The notes: generated by a model from the letters alone, not told the origin. Counted from the stretch's first letter, positions 18,998 through 28,778 are shown. The stretch: DNA of 64,000 nt from Candidatus Hermodarchaeum yapensis (GCA_016840405.1 JAEOSK010000001.1:32001-96000); one strand, 5' to 3'. Numbers and translations are program-made.

Positions 18998-19363
18998 CAT
19001 GAATTCTCACTTAGTTATGTTGGAGGATGGATTGCGGTGCAATTCCTCTTTGTGCTCGTTTTGGCTATTCTTGGTGGGTGGCAGATTGCGCTTGGCGCTT
19101 CGGTCCTGCTCCTTTTGAAGTTGTTACTTCCAGTCACACTGTTAGTGTTATTCCTTCCCTTACCGAATCCTTTGACTGTTGTATTCCTCTTTATGTCTGG
19201 TGTCATCGTTGGCATAATTATTCTCAGCAGTCTTAGCTGGAAATTGGCGTACCGCTTCTGCGATTCGCACCTCATTCAAGGTGGCGCGGTCATAGGGATT
19301 ATGGGGGGTACGATTTGGCTAATCGTTCTCGTTATCCTGTGGTTCTACATGAATACGCTCTAG
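18998..19363 (+). CDS. Multi-TM membrane protein, 5' end uncertain or truncated
   Basis: Only the distal ~120 codons of track ORF 18797-19363 look like a membrane protein. Confidence 0.45.
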   Translation, partial: HEFSLSYVGGWIAVQFLFVLVLAILGGWQIALGASVLLLLKLLLPVTLLVLFLPLPNPLTVVFLFMSGVIVGIIILSSLSWKLAYRFCDSHLIQGGAVIGIMGGTIWLIVLVILWFYMNTL

Positions 19364-19372
19364 CCTAGTTAA

Positions 19373-19768
19373 CTATAAGTCGCCTTTAGTCGGTTCTTCA
19401 ACAATGAGACCCGCGATGAGGGCGAGGAGACCAGGGAGAGAACCCAGGAATATGAGTCCGAGGATGCCGATGACGATGAGACCTGTCTTGTGAAGGTCTG
19501 GGGTGTGTCGCCAGCGTAAAGTGTAAATGGCGACGATAAGAGTGGGGATGCTACTGATGAGTGCGATTATGGGAATGAATAGGATAAGCCAATCAAAGAT
19601 GGTGGTCAACATTGCTAGTGTTGCTGGATCAATTAAGGGGGCTAGGCTTGCCAGAAAGGTGGGTAAGAAGTACCATGCCCAGACAGCCACAACAATTTTG
19701 TTAACAAATTCGACAATAAATAAAATGCCAGCAACTAAAGTTAAAGTTCGAGCTGTTTTTGTGCTCAT
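19373..19768 (-). CDS. Small membrane protein
   Basis: About four hydrophobic segments; ends LPGLLALIAG; AGGTGA RBS. Confidence 0.75.
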   Translation of the reverse strand: MSTKTARTLTLVAGILFIVEFVNKIVVAVWAWYFLPTFLASLAPLIDPATLAMLTTIFDWLILFIPIIALISSIPTLIVAIYTLRWRHTPDLHKTGLIVIGILGLIFLGSLPGLLALIAGLIVEEPTKGDL

Positions 19769-19908
19769 TTTGTATGATTCACCTTTTCAGAATCTAGAGG
19801 CTGTAGTGTTGCCTGAGTGAGCTTATCGTTTCGGTGCTAAAAAGTTATACAATTTTTATTCATAAGAATTGATGAAGGTATAATTAAAATTCAACGAGGT
19901 TTTGACAA

Positions 19909-20373
19909 ATGGATCGAAAGTATGTGTCTTATTGTGGAAATTATTATTGTGCCCTATGCGCCTATCATACTGGCAAATTAGTGGATGCGGCCTCGCGTTT
20001 ACTTGAAATTGTGAAGCACTATGAATCGCTCAGGCTTATCGCTGAAAGCGATGAGAGTGTGGATTTTGACGCATTTAATAAGGGTTTGGAGTGGTTAGCG
20101 TCGAAGGATCAAGCCTGTAAAGGTTGTCGGCTGGGGGGTGGTTGGTCCTGGTGGTCAGACTGTCCCGTTCGGACATGTTGTGTGGATAAGGGCGTCGAGT
20201 TCTGCTACCAGTGCACAGAATTTCCCTGTAAAACACTCACAGAGGGTCCACTACAGGGTTATTTACAACGATTCATTGATGCGAATCAACATATTCAACA
20301 AATTGGTTTAGAACAATGGATAAAGAAACGGTATGGCCAGGAGCTGAGTAACTCGACTCGTAGTAAGCTGTAA
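19909..20373 (+). CDS. DUF3795-type Cys-rich protein
   Basis: YCGNYYCALC...CKGCR...CPVRTCC...FCYQCTEFPC. Confidence 0.85.
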   Translation: MDRKYVSYCGNYYCALCAYHTGKLVDAASRLLEIVKHYESLRLIAESDESVDFDAFNKGLEWLASKDQACKGCRLGGGWSWWSDCPVRTCCVDKGVEFCYQCTEFPCKTLTEGPLQGYLQRFIDANQHIQQIGLEQWIKKRYGQELSNSTRSKL

Positions 20374-20409
20374 GGAGTCGAGAATGAATGCACTGCCAAT
20401 ATAGTATTA

Positions 20410-22050
20410 TCATACAGTGTTTAGAATTGGAGTAAAGCGAATTTTTAGTTGCTTCCGCTCTTTTTTCAATATGACAGTTTTCCGCCAATTGGTATCATCA
20501 CTTAATGGGTAATCAAGTCTAAAATGCGATCCTCGACTTTCTCTCCGTGCTAACACTGCTTCGAAAACCAGCTTGGCTAAAATCAGCATTGATCGCATTT
20601 CAAATGCTAGTACTAGTTGAGTGGGGGTTTGAGCTTGTATTTGTGGCAGTATAGTTCCTTTGATTTGGTCTAATCGTTCGAGACCCAGCTGAAGCCCTTG
20701 TTGATTCCGAACAGGTCGACAGAACTTGGAGAGCGTGGCCTGAACCACGGATTTCAAATACGTTGGGGATTGTACTTGACGCTTGGTTTTTTGTAATCCA
20801 TAAATGAAGTCTTTCACATTTTGTGTGCTGGTTTGATCGATTTTGATGAAGGTGTGCTGTTGGGCATAGTGACTTGCTTGTTGCCCTGCCTGTTTACCGA
20901 AGACTATAATCTCGGTGAGTGCGTTTCCACCTAATCGGTTCGCTCCATGAACACCGCCAGTGACTTCGCCTGCAGCAAATAAGCCGTTGATGGAGGTGGC
21001 ACAAGCTGTATCGATTCGTAGCCCACCCATTGTATAATGGGCGGTTGAGGCAATGCGAAGTCGTTTTCTTGTTAGAATATCTATCAATGGATGAAGTGTG
21101 TTCTTCTGGATTTCGTGTTCGTAGATGTCTTCAAAATCGGCTTGTGAGAGGGTTGTTAGGTCAAGAAGAGCGTAATCCACGTTGGACTCTTCTTTGATGA
21201 GTTCCTGTTCCATGGCGACAATTAGATTGTCACGCAGAATGGGGGTCGTCAGTAAACCGTATATGGCTAGAATAGGTTTCCCTTGAGAATTGAGTACTGG
21301 CCCCTCAGAAACGAGATGTTTTGTGGCTTCAATTAGCCAATCCAAGATGAATATGCGAGGGATGCCTGGATCAATAAACATTGGAAGAAACTGTATAAAT
21401 TCTAAATCTTGGACTTCTGCTCCACTCTCATAGGCTAACACAAGGCCATCCCCGGTGATTCGGGGTGGATTATCATTTCGGGAAAACAGGTGTGAATAGC
21501 CTCCTGTGGCCAAAATGGTTGCTTTAGCTGAGATAATAAGAAGTTCTCCTGTTACCATATCAAGGGCAATAATTCCAAGGCACCGGTTGTCTTGAACAAT
21601 TAATTCAAGTGCCATGGTACGCTCAAGAAGCTTTACTCCGGCATCCACCGCAAAGTTGGCCAAGGCTTGTGTTAGGTAAATGCCTGCAGGTGGCTTTTTG
21701 GCAACTGTTGTTCTACTTTGTCCGAATAATAGGGGCACTTTGAAGGATTGCAGTTCTTGAAGCGCGGAATGCGATTCTGAAACCAATAGATGAACCAGTT
21801 GGGAGTTGTTAAGAAATTGCCCTGATTCCAATGTAGCTTGGAAATGTTGGCGTTTTGTATCAGCATCATGTGCTGTACGGAAGGTTCCCACTGCCATGGC
21901 AGTACAGTTTGCTCGACCAACCAAGCTTTTAGTAATAAGCAGAATCGTGGCATTTTGTCTACGTGCTTCAATTGCGGCGCGTAATCCTGCTCCACCAGAA
22001 CCAATAATCAAGACATCCGCGGAATACTCCTTCACACTACCCTCTTCCAA
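20410..22050 (-). CDS. FAD-dependent oxidoreductase, SdhA/FrdA/NadB flavoprotein family
   Basis: IIGSGGAGLRAA, LATGG, HYTMGG, GVHGANRLGGNAL, RRESRGSHFRLDYP. Confidence 0.9.
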   Translation of the reverse strand: MEEGSVKEYSADVLIIGSGGAGLRAAIEARRQNATILLITKSLVGRANCTAMAVGTFRTAHDADTKRQHFQATLESGQFLNNSQLVHLLVSESHSALQELQSFKVPLLFGQSRTTVAKKPPAGIYLTQALANFAVDAGVKLLERTMALELIVQDNRCLGIIALDMVTGELLIISAKATILATGGYSHLFSRNDNPPRITGDGLVLAYESGAEVQDLEFIQFLPMFIDPGIPRIFILDWLIEATKHLVSEGPVLNSQGKPILAIYGLLTTPILRDNLIVAMEQELIKEESNVDYALLDLTTLSQADFEDIYEHEIQKNTLHPLIDILTRKRLRIASTAHYTMGGLRIDTACATSINGLFAAGEVTGGVHGANRLGGNALTEIIVFGKQAGQQASHYAQQHTFIKIDQTSTQNVKDFIYGLQKTKRQVQSPTYLKSVVQATLSKFCRPVRNQQGLQLGLERLDQIKGTILPQIQAQTPTQLVLAFEMRSMLILAKLVFEAVLARRESRGSHFRLDYPLSDDTNWRKTVILKKERKQLKIRFTPILNTV

Positions 22051-22146
22051 GCGACCGATTATGTTAATCTCAGTATTAAAGCTCTAAAGCTTTCAGAATC
22101 TCTTCTGTTCCTTTTCTTTCCATAAATAATCCATTGGGGTGAAAAT

Positions 22147-22767
22147 TCACTTTTTTAATTTAACTTGATTTTTTAACGTTTCAAGGTCAGTGGCAGATGT
22201 ATAAATAATTGGTTTAAAACCAAGATGTTGCCAGAAGGCTTCAGCTTCTTTGTTCCCGAGAACATACCGTAGGCTGATATGACTAACATTTTCTACTTCA
22301 AAGTACTTGCAGAGTTTGTGTATCAGCTGAGTGCCTATTCCATGTCGTCTATAGTTTTCCAATACAAAGATCATGCCGATTATCCCCGCTTCATTAGGTT
22401 CGTATTCAATTCGTTTAAGGATCTGTCCATAGGCAAAGCCCACGATGTTATTATCCTGTTCGGCAACCAGAACAAGACTCGTGTCGTTGGTGAGCAAGTG
22501 GCTGACATCGTGGACCAATTTCTGCCGCCCAGCCTTGGTGATTCGCCATATAAGTGGATTAGACTGCTCTACGTGCTGTTGTAATTTTATTCGTAAATTC
22601 AAAATTTTCTCCTGATCAGCAGTTGTCGCTCTTCGAACAAGCATTCCAAATTCTCTCCTTATTTGTCCAAACCCTTGTTGTATACATCGGTTGGTGTGGA
22701 CTCTCATTTCTGTTTCTTTGGGGTGGGATTCTGCCTTTCGCACCTTCAACGTGAATCTTCTTTTCAT
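22147..22767 (-). CDS. GNAT acetyltransferase
   Basis: FVLENYRRHGIGTQL, N..A..FW..LGF; alternative start at ATG 22644. Confidence 0.88.
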   Translation of the reverse strand: MKRRFTLKVRKAESHPKETEMRVHTNRCIQQGFGQIRREFGMLVRRATTADQEKILNLRIKLQQHVEQSNPLIWRITKAGRQKLVHDVSHLLTNDTSLVLVAEQDNNIVGFAYGQILKRIEYEPNEAGIIGMIFVLENYRRHGIGTQLIHKLCKYFEVENVSHISLRYVLGNKEAEAFWQHLGFKPIIYTSATDLETLKNQVKLKK

Positions 22768-24248
22768 ACATCTTCTATCCCCTCAATTCGCGCTAGAGTC
22801 CATCTTCCCTTATCTGTCAGATCATAATATTGTCTTTTGGATTTTCGATAGGTTTGAACGGAGCGTGTTCGTGTGATAAGACCAGTGCGTATCAGCTCGT
22901 TAAGGTGTTGATACACACTTGATACTGAAACCTTGACGCCTGTTTCTGCAATTAGTGTCTTCCAAATAGCATAGCCATATGATTCATTTCTTTGGAGAAT
23001 CTTAAGGATGTGGAGTTTAGTTCCGCCCAATTTTGTTGTATACTTTCGTTTCTCAACGCGACCAAGAAGATGTTCTATATTGGTATGGCCTTTTGCAATG
23101 GTTTGAGCAATTTCTGGGTATTTTAATCCCATCCCAGTAATTACACAGATGATTTTATCTCCTGTGTCAATTGAACCTTCTCGAAGTATTTGATGTAAAG
23201 CTGCAATAGTTGCAGCTGATGCGGGTTCAGCAAAAACACCTTCTAAACTAGCTAATGAACTGACGGCATCCAAAATTGCACTATCTGAAACTGAAACAGT
23301 AAAGCCCTCCGATTCACGAATTGCATCTAAAGCAAGTTTTCCACAAGACGGGTTTTTCATTCCAATATCTATAGCTATCGTCGATGCCTTGGTTGATGGT
23401 TCAACGGATTTACTGCCCTTTTGAAAGGCAGTAACAATGGGGGCACATCCTTTTGCTTGTACGCCGATGAGTTTTGGTGGTTCCTTTTCCATCCATCCGA
23501 GCAATTGTAATTCTTTGATTGCTTTCCAAATCATTGAAAGATGACCACCATTTCCCATGGGCACAAGAATCCAGTCTGGGGGAATCCAATCGAGTTGTTC
23601 ACAAATCTCATAGCCTGTGGTTTTCACACCCTCAAGAAAGTAAGGGCTATGACCAATTATTGTGTGTGCATTCGGGGCTCTTTCTATCGTTCGTGCTTCT
23701 CCCTCCTCGCGGTCTTTCACTATTTCTAATTCTGGTTGATAAGCGATTATTTGGTAGAGTTTGCCAATGTCGACTCTTTGTGGCACAAACACATGACTTT
23801 TCATTCCTGCTCTAGCAGCATAAGCAACTACCGAGGCTGCAAGGTTGCCTGATGAGCCACATGAAACGGCTTTGAAACCAAGTTCTTTTGCTTTTGATAT
23901 TTCAACACTTGTTCCGCGATCAATGAAAGCCCCTGTAGGATTGGTGGTTTCATCCTTTAGGTAGAGCTGTCGTAAACCCAGTTTTTGGGCGAGGCGGTCG
24001 CATTCATGCAGAAATGTTCCTCCCTCTCCTAGAGAAACAATGTTCCGCCGATCCTGTACTGGAAGCAGTTCAAAATACTTCCAAACACCTGGTTCTCTGT
24101 CAGCTAATGATGAAACATCAATCTGATTATGGATTGCTTCAAGATCATAAACAACCTCGAACAAACCACCACATTGAGGGCACCCATGTATTGGAGGCGA
24201 CGGGCGTTCCGTTTCGTAGGCGCATTCTGAACATCGGAGCTTTGACAT
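22764..24248 (-). CDS. Threonine-synthase-like domain lacking the PLP lysine, fused to a C-terminal PadR-type winged helix
   Basis: SLGEGGT, NPTGAFIDRG (canonical NPTGSFKDRG), SSGN, VPMGNGG, EPASAA, ITGMGLK; then ILKILQRNESYGYAIWK...VYQHLNEL...RQYYDLTDKG. Confidence 0.9.
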   Translation of the reverse strand: MSKLRCSECAYETERPSPPIHGCPQCGGLFEVVYDLEAIHNQIDVSSLADREPGVWKYFELLPVQDRRNIVSLGEGGTFLHECDRLAQKLGLRQLYLKDETTNPTGAFIDRGTSVEISKAKELGFKAVSCGSSGNLAASVVAYAARAGMKSHVFVPQRVDIGKLYQIIAYQPELEIVKDREEGEARTIERAPNAHTIIGHSPYFLEGVKTTGYEICEQLDWIPPDWILVPMGNGGHLSMIWKAIKELQLLGWMEKEPPKLIGVQAKGCAPIVTAFQKGSKSVEPSTKASTIAIDIGMKNPSCGKLALDAIRESEGFTVSVSDSAILDAVSSLASLEGVFAEPASAATIAALHQILREGSIDTGDKIICVITGMGLKYPEIAQTIAKGHTNIEHLLGRVEKRKYTTKLGGTKLHILKILQRNESYGYAIWKTLIAETGVKVSVSSVYQHLNELIRTGLITRTRSVQTYRKSKRQYYDLTDKGRWTLARIEGIEDV

Positions 24249-24275
24249 TGCAACTAATATTCTATTTGTTGCCTA

Positions 24276-24297
24276 TATATAAGTAATTACTTATATA
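24276..24297. promoter_or_regulatory. Perfect 22-bp palindrome TATATAAGTAATTACTTATATA in the divergent promoter (candidate operator)
   Basis: Checked base by base; lies between the divergent starts at 24248 and 24337. Confidence 0.75.
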
Positions 24298-24336
24298 ATC
24301 CCTTTTTCTTTCTCAATTTTGAAGAGGTGGTCTTAA

Positions 24337-24969
24337 TTGACTGCGATACATCTCAATTCATTATTCAATAAAAAAATCAAACTTCAACAAACCAGGGTTT
24401 TTTCTTCGACTTCGATTTTTGGTGTTAACAATCCTGTTTTTTCTCGTCCATCCGTGTTTTTAGCACTCACTGCAATTTTCACAGCTCTGACGACGGTTAC
24501 GACGCTTCTGATAGTTATCCCTTTCCCTGCAACCTCTGGGTACTTCAATCTAGGTGATTCAATGGTAATGATTAGTGGACTACTTTTGGGTCCACTGGGA
24601 GGGTTCATTGCAGGTGGAATGGGGTCCGCTCTTGCTGATATGGTTGGATATCCTCATTTTGCTCCAATTACGTTCCTTGTCAAAGGATGTGAAGGATTGG
24701 TTGTGGGCCTCGTTACCCAGCAAAATCAAACTTCGTCTCGAATTTATTTCAGGGATATTCTCGGGTTACTTTTGGGTGCCTTCATCATGTTACTTGGGTA
24801 TTTCATTGCAGAAGCTCTCCTTTTTGGTTTGGAGGCTGCCCTTCTGGAATTAGTCTGGGTCAACTCGATACAAATTACATTTGGAATTATTGTCGCCCTT
24901 CTTATTGGGTCTGTCACACGGAGATATGTGGCTTCAAATCTGATTTCTCAACTGGATAGGGTAAAATAA
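24337..24969 (+). CDS. ECF transporter S component
   Basis: IPFPATSGYFNLGDSM...LLGP.GG.IAGG.GSALAD...APITFLVKG.EG. Confidence 0.9.
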   Translation: MTAIHLNSLFNKKIKLQQTRVFSSTSIFGVNNPVFSRPSVFLALTAIFTALTTVTTLLIVIPFPATSGYFNLGDSMVMISGLLLGPLGGFIAGGMGSALADMVGYPHFAPITFLVKGCEGLVVGLVTQQNQTSSRIYFRDILGLLLGAFIMLLGYFIAEALLFGLEAALLELVWVNSIQITFGIIVALLIGSVTRRYVASNLISQLDRVK

Positions 24970-25988
24970 TGCAGATCACCAGCGTAGATTTTCTAATCAC
25001 TTTTCGATGCAATGCAAGTTGTAAGCATTGTGGTTACAGAGCAGGACCTTCCAATCACGGTTATATGAAAGTCGATGACGCAAAAAAGTGGTTATCTACA
25101 CTAGCTTCAGCTCACCCACTTCAATCAATTACTATTCACGGAGGAGAACCGCTCCTCTTTTTTCCAAATTATTGTTTAGAGAGGATACTTCGATATGCCA
25201 CAGAGTTGAACATTCCTAAACGAGGGATTATTACTAATGGATTTTGGGCAACAGACAAGGAAACTGCCCGGCGAAAGCTTACGAAACTTAAATCCTGTGG
25301 GCTTACGAATATCACATTTAGTGTAGATGGATTTCATCAAGAACACATTCCAATCGAAACTGTTCGAATTTGTATAGAAGAAGCAGTTGCCTTGGGCTTT
25401 ACAAAAGTTGGAATACTAAGCCATTATCTTATTTCCCCCAAGGCGGAGAATATCTATAACAAATTAACAAATCAGGCATTAGCCAAAATTGAAGATATTG
25501 ATGGAATTCAAATTGCACGGTATAAAACTAGCCTATACGGACGAGCTGCAGAGACATTAGCTGAATTTATGGAAAAAGATTCAAAACTGCCTTCAGGGCC
25601 TTGTCGGCTTTCTTATTGGCTTGGTAGTGAAATTCAAAATCCTAAAGCCATCGAAATTGACTTTGATGGGCATGTTACGTTATGTCCGGGTATTTGCATT
25701 GGGAATCTAAAAACTCAACCACTAACCGACGTATTAAGAGACTATGTTCCTCACAAGCATCCGATTCTGAGTATTCTCGCTCGTGATGGACCTATGGGGT
25801 TAGCCAAAGTAGTTGATGATTTAAAAATTTACTATGATCACCGGTTTGTCGATGAATGCCATTTGTGCTATGAAATGCGGCGGCTTCTCCAAAGACACTT
25901 TCCACTACGCCTTGCCCCCTCCTCTTGCTATTTACCCGCAACTTCGAGACAGACTATGCCAATTCCATTTCTTTCAAGATGTTTATGA
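24969..25988 (+). CDS. Radical SAM protein
   Basis: CNASCKHC, HGGEP, TNGFWA, SVDGFHQE, C-terminal DECHLC. Confidence 0.92.
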   Translation: MQITSVDFLITFRCNASCKHCGYRAGPSNHGYMKVDDAKKWLSTLASAHPLQSITIHGGEPLLFFPNYCLERILRYATELNIPKRGIITNGFWATDKETARRKLTKLKSCGLTNITFSVDGFHQEHIPIETVRICIEEAVALGFTKVGILSHYLISPKAENIYNKLTNQALAKIEDIDGIQIARYKTSLYGRAAETLAEFMEKDSKLPSGPCRLSYWLGSEIQNPKAIEIDFDGHVTLCPGICIGNLKTQPLTDVLRDYVPHKHPILSILARDGPMGLAKVVDDLKIYYDHRFVDECHLCYEMRRLLQRHFPLRLAPSSCYLPATSRQTMPIPFLSRCL

Positions 25989-26000
25989 CCAGAGTGGTGT

Positions 26001-26540
26001 ATGTCAGTGAAAGAAAGTCCACAGAGTAAACAGATGACTGCAATAAGAATTCGGAGTGCAAATGAAAACGATATACCTGGGATTCATATGGTAATCAGTA
26101 AAGGGTTTTGGGGTCTTCAAAGGCGAGGATATTCAAAGAAAGCAATTGAAGCAGCAATTCCCTCTCGAAGTGAAATTCAACAACGTTTACTTTTGCCTAA
26201 AACGGTTGTATTTGTAGCTGCAAATGAAGACCAAATTATTGGAACAGTTACTGGAAGTGAGAAATTCGAACACTTTCATGTCCAGTCCTTTGCGGTTGAT
26301 CCTAGGTTTCAAGGGCACCGAGTTGGGTATAGTCTTATGACTGAACTTGAAAAAAGCGCTCGACAATTTAATTGTAAGAAATTATTTGTGCAAACCGCCT
26401 GGGCAATGTTTGAAGCCATTAAACTGTATCTGAAGTTAGATTTTGAACTGGAGGGATATCATCCAAGACATTTTTTTGGAGAAGTATTGCTGTCGTTTGG
26501 CAAAATTCTGAAACCATCAAAAAATGGTAATCGAGTGTGA
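26001..26540 (+). CDS. GNAT acetyltransferase
   Basis: AVDPRFQGHRVG, AIKLYLKLDF. Confidence 0.88.
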   Translation: MSVKESPQSKQMTAIRIRSANENDIPGIHMVISKGFWGLQRRGYSKKAIEAAIPSRSEIQQRLLLPKTVVFVAANEDQIIGTVTGSEKFEHFHVQSFAVDPRFQGHRVGYSLMTELEKSARQFNCKKLFVQTAWAMFEAIKLYLKLDFELEGYHPRHFFGEVLLSFGKILKPSKNGNRV

Positions 26541-26635
26541 TTATGTTCCTGCCAAGGTCCTTCTGTGTTGAATATGGAATTGGGGCATCAGCCAATGGAC
26601 ATTTTTTCACATAGTCACCAAAGGGAGATTTACTA

Positions 26636-27592
26636 TTGATCAACTCATCTATCAAATACTATCTAAGCCTAATAATTGCATCAATTTGCTTTGGGAGCAT
26701 TGCTGTTTTTGCGTTCTATCTGACCCTATTTGGTGTTTCTTCAACACAGCAGACATTCTTTCGAATACTCTTTACGGCATTTTACCTGTTTTGTGGTCTA
26801 GGTGTTTGGCTTCGCTTTCATGATATTTCCATTAGACCCGAGCACGTAACACTTTTTGTCCTCTATGGACTGATAGGGGTGTGTGCACCCCTTTTTACTT
26901 ACATAACTGCTATTGCAATAGGTACGCCAGTTATCGTTGCAGTTTCGCTAGCCTATCTTTATCCTGCTATTACACTTATCCTTGCCAGAATTTTTCTAAA
27001 TGAATTGTTCAATTTGAAACGAATCATCGCTGTAGTTTGTTCTATAACTGGGGCAATCGTTATTTCAACACCAATAATTTCTGAATATTTCCCGATACCT
27101 GTTTTTGGCTTCATTCTATCAGCATTAACTGCTTTGTTTTTAGCCTGTTTCATGGTGGTGGGACGAAAATTAGGTGGATATGAGGATTATAACCCACTTG
27201 TCACTACATTCTGGGGATATTTATTTGGGTCTTTATGGATGGGTGTTATTCTACTCGGTCTGCAGTTTCTAATCATTGATCCTCGTATTGTTGGGTTCCA
27301 ATTGATATTACCAATACCTGTTTGGGTTTTACTTCTCGGGTTTGCCTTAATTGCCACAGCAATTCCCTACACATTAACTAATTATGGAATGAAGCGAATT
27401 GATGCTTCCGTAACCTCAATCATTCTACTACTTGACCCACTAAGTAGTGTTATCTTTGGAATCCTCTTGATGGGTCAAGTAGTGGTATTTTGGCAACTCA
27501 GTGGTGCATCGTTAATTCTTATTGCTACCATACTAACTGGCCTTGAACAAAAATCATCTAAAAAGAACAGTATAAGGCAAAAGGGGAGCTAA
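26636..27592 (+). CDS. DMT/EamA family transporter
   Basis: About 10 TMs in two repeats; YLYPAITLILARIFLNE. Confidence 0.9.
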   Translation: MINSSIKYYLSLIIASICFGSIAVFAFYLTLFGVSSTQQTFFRILFTAFYLFCGLGVWLRFHDISIRPEHVTLFVLYGLIGVCAPLFTYITAIAIGTPVIVAVSLAYLYPAITLILARIFLNELFNLKRIIAVVCSITGAIVISTPIISEYFPIPVFGFILSALTALFLACFMVVGRKLGGYEDYNPLVTTFWGYLFGSLWMGVILLGLQFLIIDPRIVGFQLILPIPVWVLLLGFALIATAIPYTLTNYGMKRIDASVTSIILLLDPLSSVIFGILLMGQVVVFWQLSGASLILIATILTGLEQKSSKKNSIRQKGS

Positions 27593-27606
27593 GAAATCAT
27601 ACCGGG

Positions 27607-27664
27607 CTGGGGTTGATGATGGTGCCGAGTTTTTTGCCGATGAGTATGAGGAAGAGGATGTCAC
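27607..27664. repeat. Degenerate direct copy of the 3' end of the helicase gene (partner at 28779-28837)
   Basis: 34 bp identical, GTTGATGATGGTGCCGAGTTTTTTGCCGATGAGT, at 27612-27645 and 28785-28818, followed after 2 mismatches by GAGGAAGAGG in both. Confidence 0.9.
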
Positions 27665-27747
27665 TTAAAAAAATTAAATATTTATTTTTTCTTTTTAAGG
27701 AACATAATACTTAAACTGTCGGCTCATTCTCTTTTAGACATCGCATA

Positions 27748-28773
27748 TTGGTTGGAAGCTTCGGAGGGTTGTGTATGTTCCAGGTTACGCTTCGTGGTTC
27801 ACATTATGAAATTGGCAGGCAATATGGAATGCTACTTAAAAACAAGGGGATCAAATATCCAAGACCAACGGATGTGGCGATCCGATTTGCAGCAAAGGTT
27901 GAACAAGAAGTTGCTAATTTAGTCCCAGAACTGATTGAAGAAATCCAGGGAATCACAGATGGAAGTGGATTTGATTTTGAGATTATACGAACCTTTGCGC
28001 TCACCGTGGGTAGGAGTCCAGCCTGTACAATACTCGCAATTCCTGGTCAATATACCGTAGATGGACACCCAATCTTTGCCCGAAACTATGATGCCACTCC
28101 TACATTTCAGGACTTCACTCTCTATCGGACTTATCCGAAGAAACACCTCGCCCATATGGGTTGTTGTTTTGATATGCTTGTAGGCCGAGAGGATGGATTA
28201 AATGAAGCGGGTGTTGCTATTGCCGTTGCAGGTGTCCATGGCCTTTACACAGACGCACCTGGTGTGTGGGATCATATCCCCCTCCGGGCGGTCCTGGATC
28301 ATTGTACATCCGTTGACCAAGCTGTTGCACTGCTGAAACAATTTCCCCATTTTTGGACAAAGAATTTTCTTGTTGCAGATACTAAGGGACACATTGCCAT
28401 CATTGAAGCTGCCCAACAACGAATCTCTGTTCATTACCCACAAAACGAGATTGGCGCTATCACCAACCACTTCGTTTCCTCTTCAATGCAGCCTTTTAAT
28501 GATTCCAATAGAACCATGCCTCAAACCCATCATCGCCTCCAAATCCTCAAAGATTGGTTTCAGCAGCAGACAAATGTCATTAAAATTAGTCAGATTAAGC
28601 GTATTCTAAAAAATCCTAAAACCGGCATCTGTTCAAACAATTTAGAAACATCCACGCAAAAGGGATTTCTAACAATCTGGTCTTGGATAGCCAAACTTGG
28701 TAATCGGAGTTTCGAAATGGCAACAGGAACCCCAATCACCCTCTCTTCTAGATACAAAAGCTACTCTTTCTAA
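27748..28773 (+). CDS. C45 family Ntn-hydrolase (acyltransferase/peptidase)
   Basis: GSHYEIGRQYG, autoprocessing ACT, ARNYD, DGLNEAG, TNHF. Confidence 0.9.
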   Translation: MVGSFGGLCMFQVTLRGSHYEIGRQYGMLLKNKGIKYPRPTDVAIRFAAKVEQEVANLVPELIEEIQGITDGSGFDFEIIRTFALTVGRSPACTILAIPGQYTVDGHPIFARNYDATPTFQDFTLYRTYPKKHLAHMGCCFDMLVGREDGLNEAGVAIAVAGVHGLYTDAPGVWDHIPLRAVLDHCTSVDQAVALLKQFPHFWTKNFLVADTKGHIAIIEAAQQRISVHYPQNEIGAITNHFVSSSMQPFNDSNRTMPQTHHRLQILKDWFQQQTNVIKISQIKRILKNPKTGICSNNLETSTQKGFLTIWSWIAKLGNRSFEMATGTPITLSSRYKSYSF

Positions 28774-28778
28774 GAATG

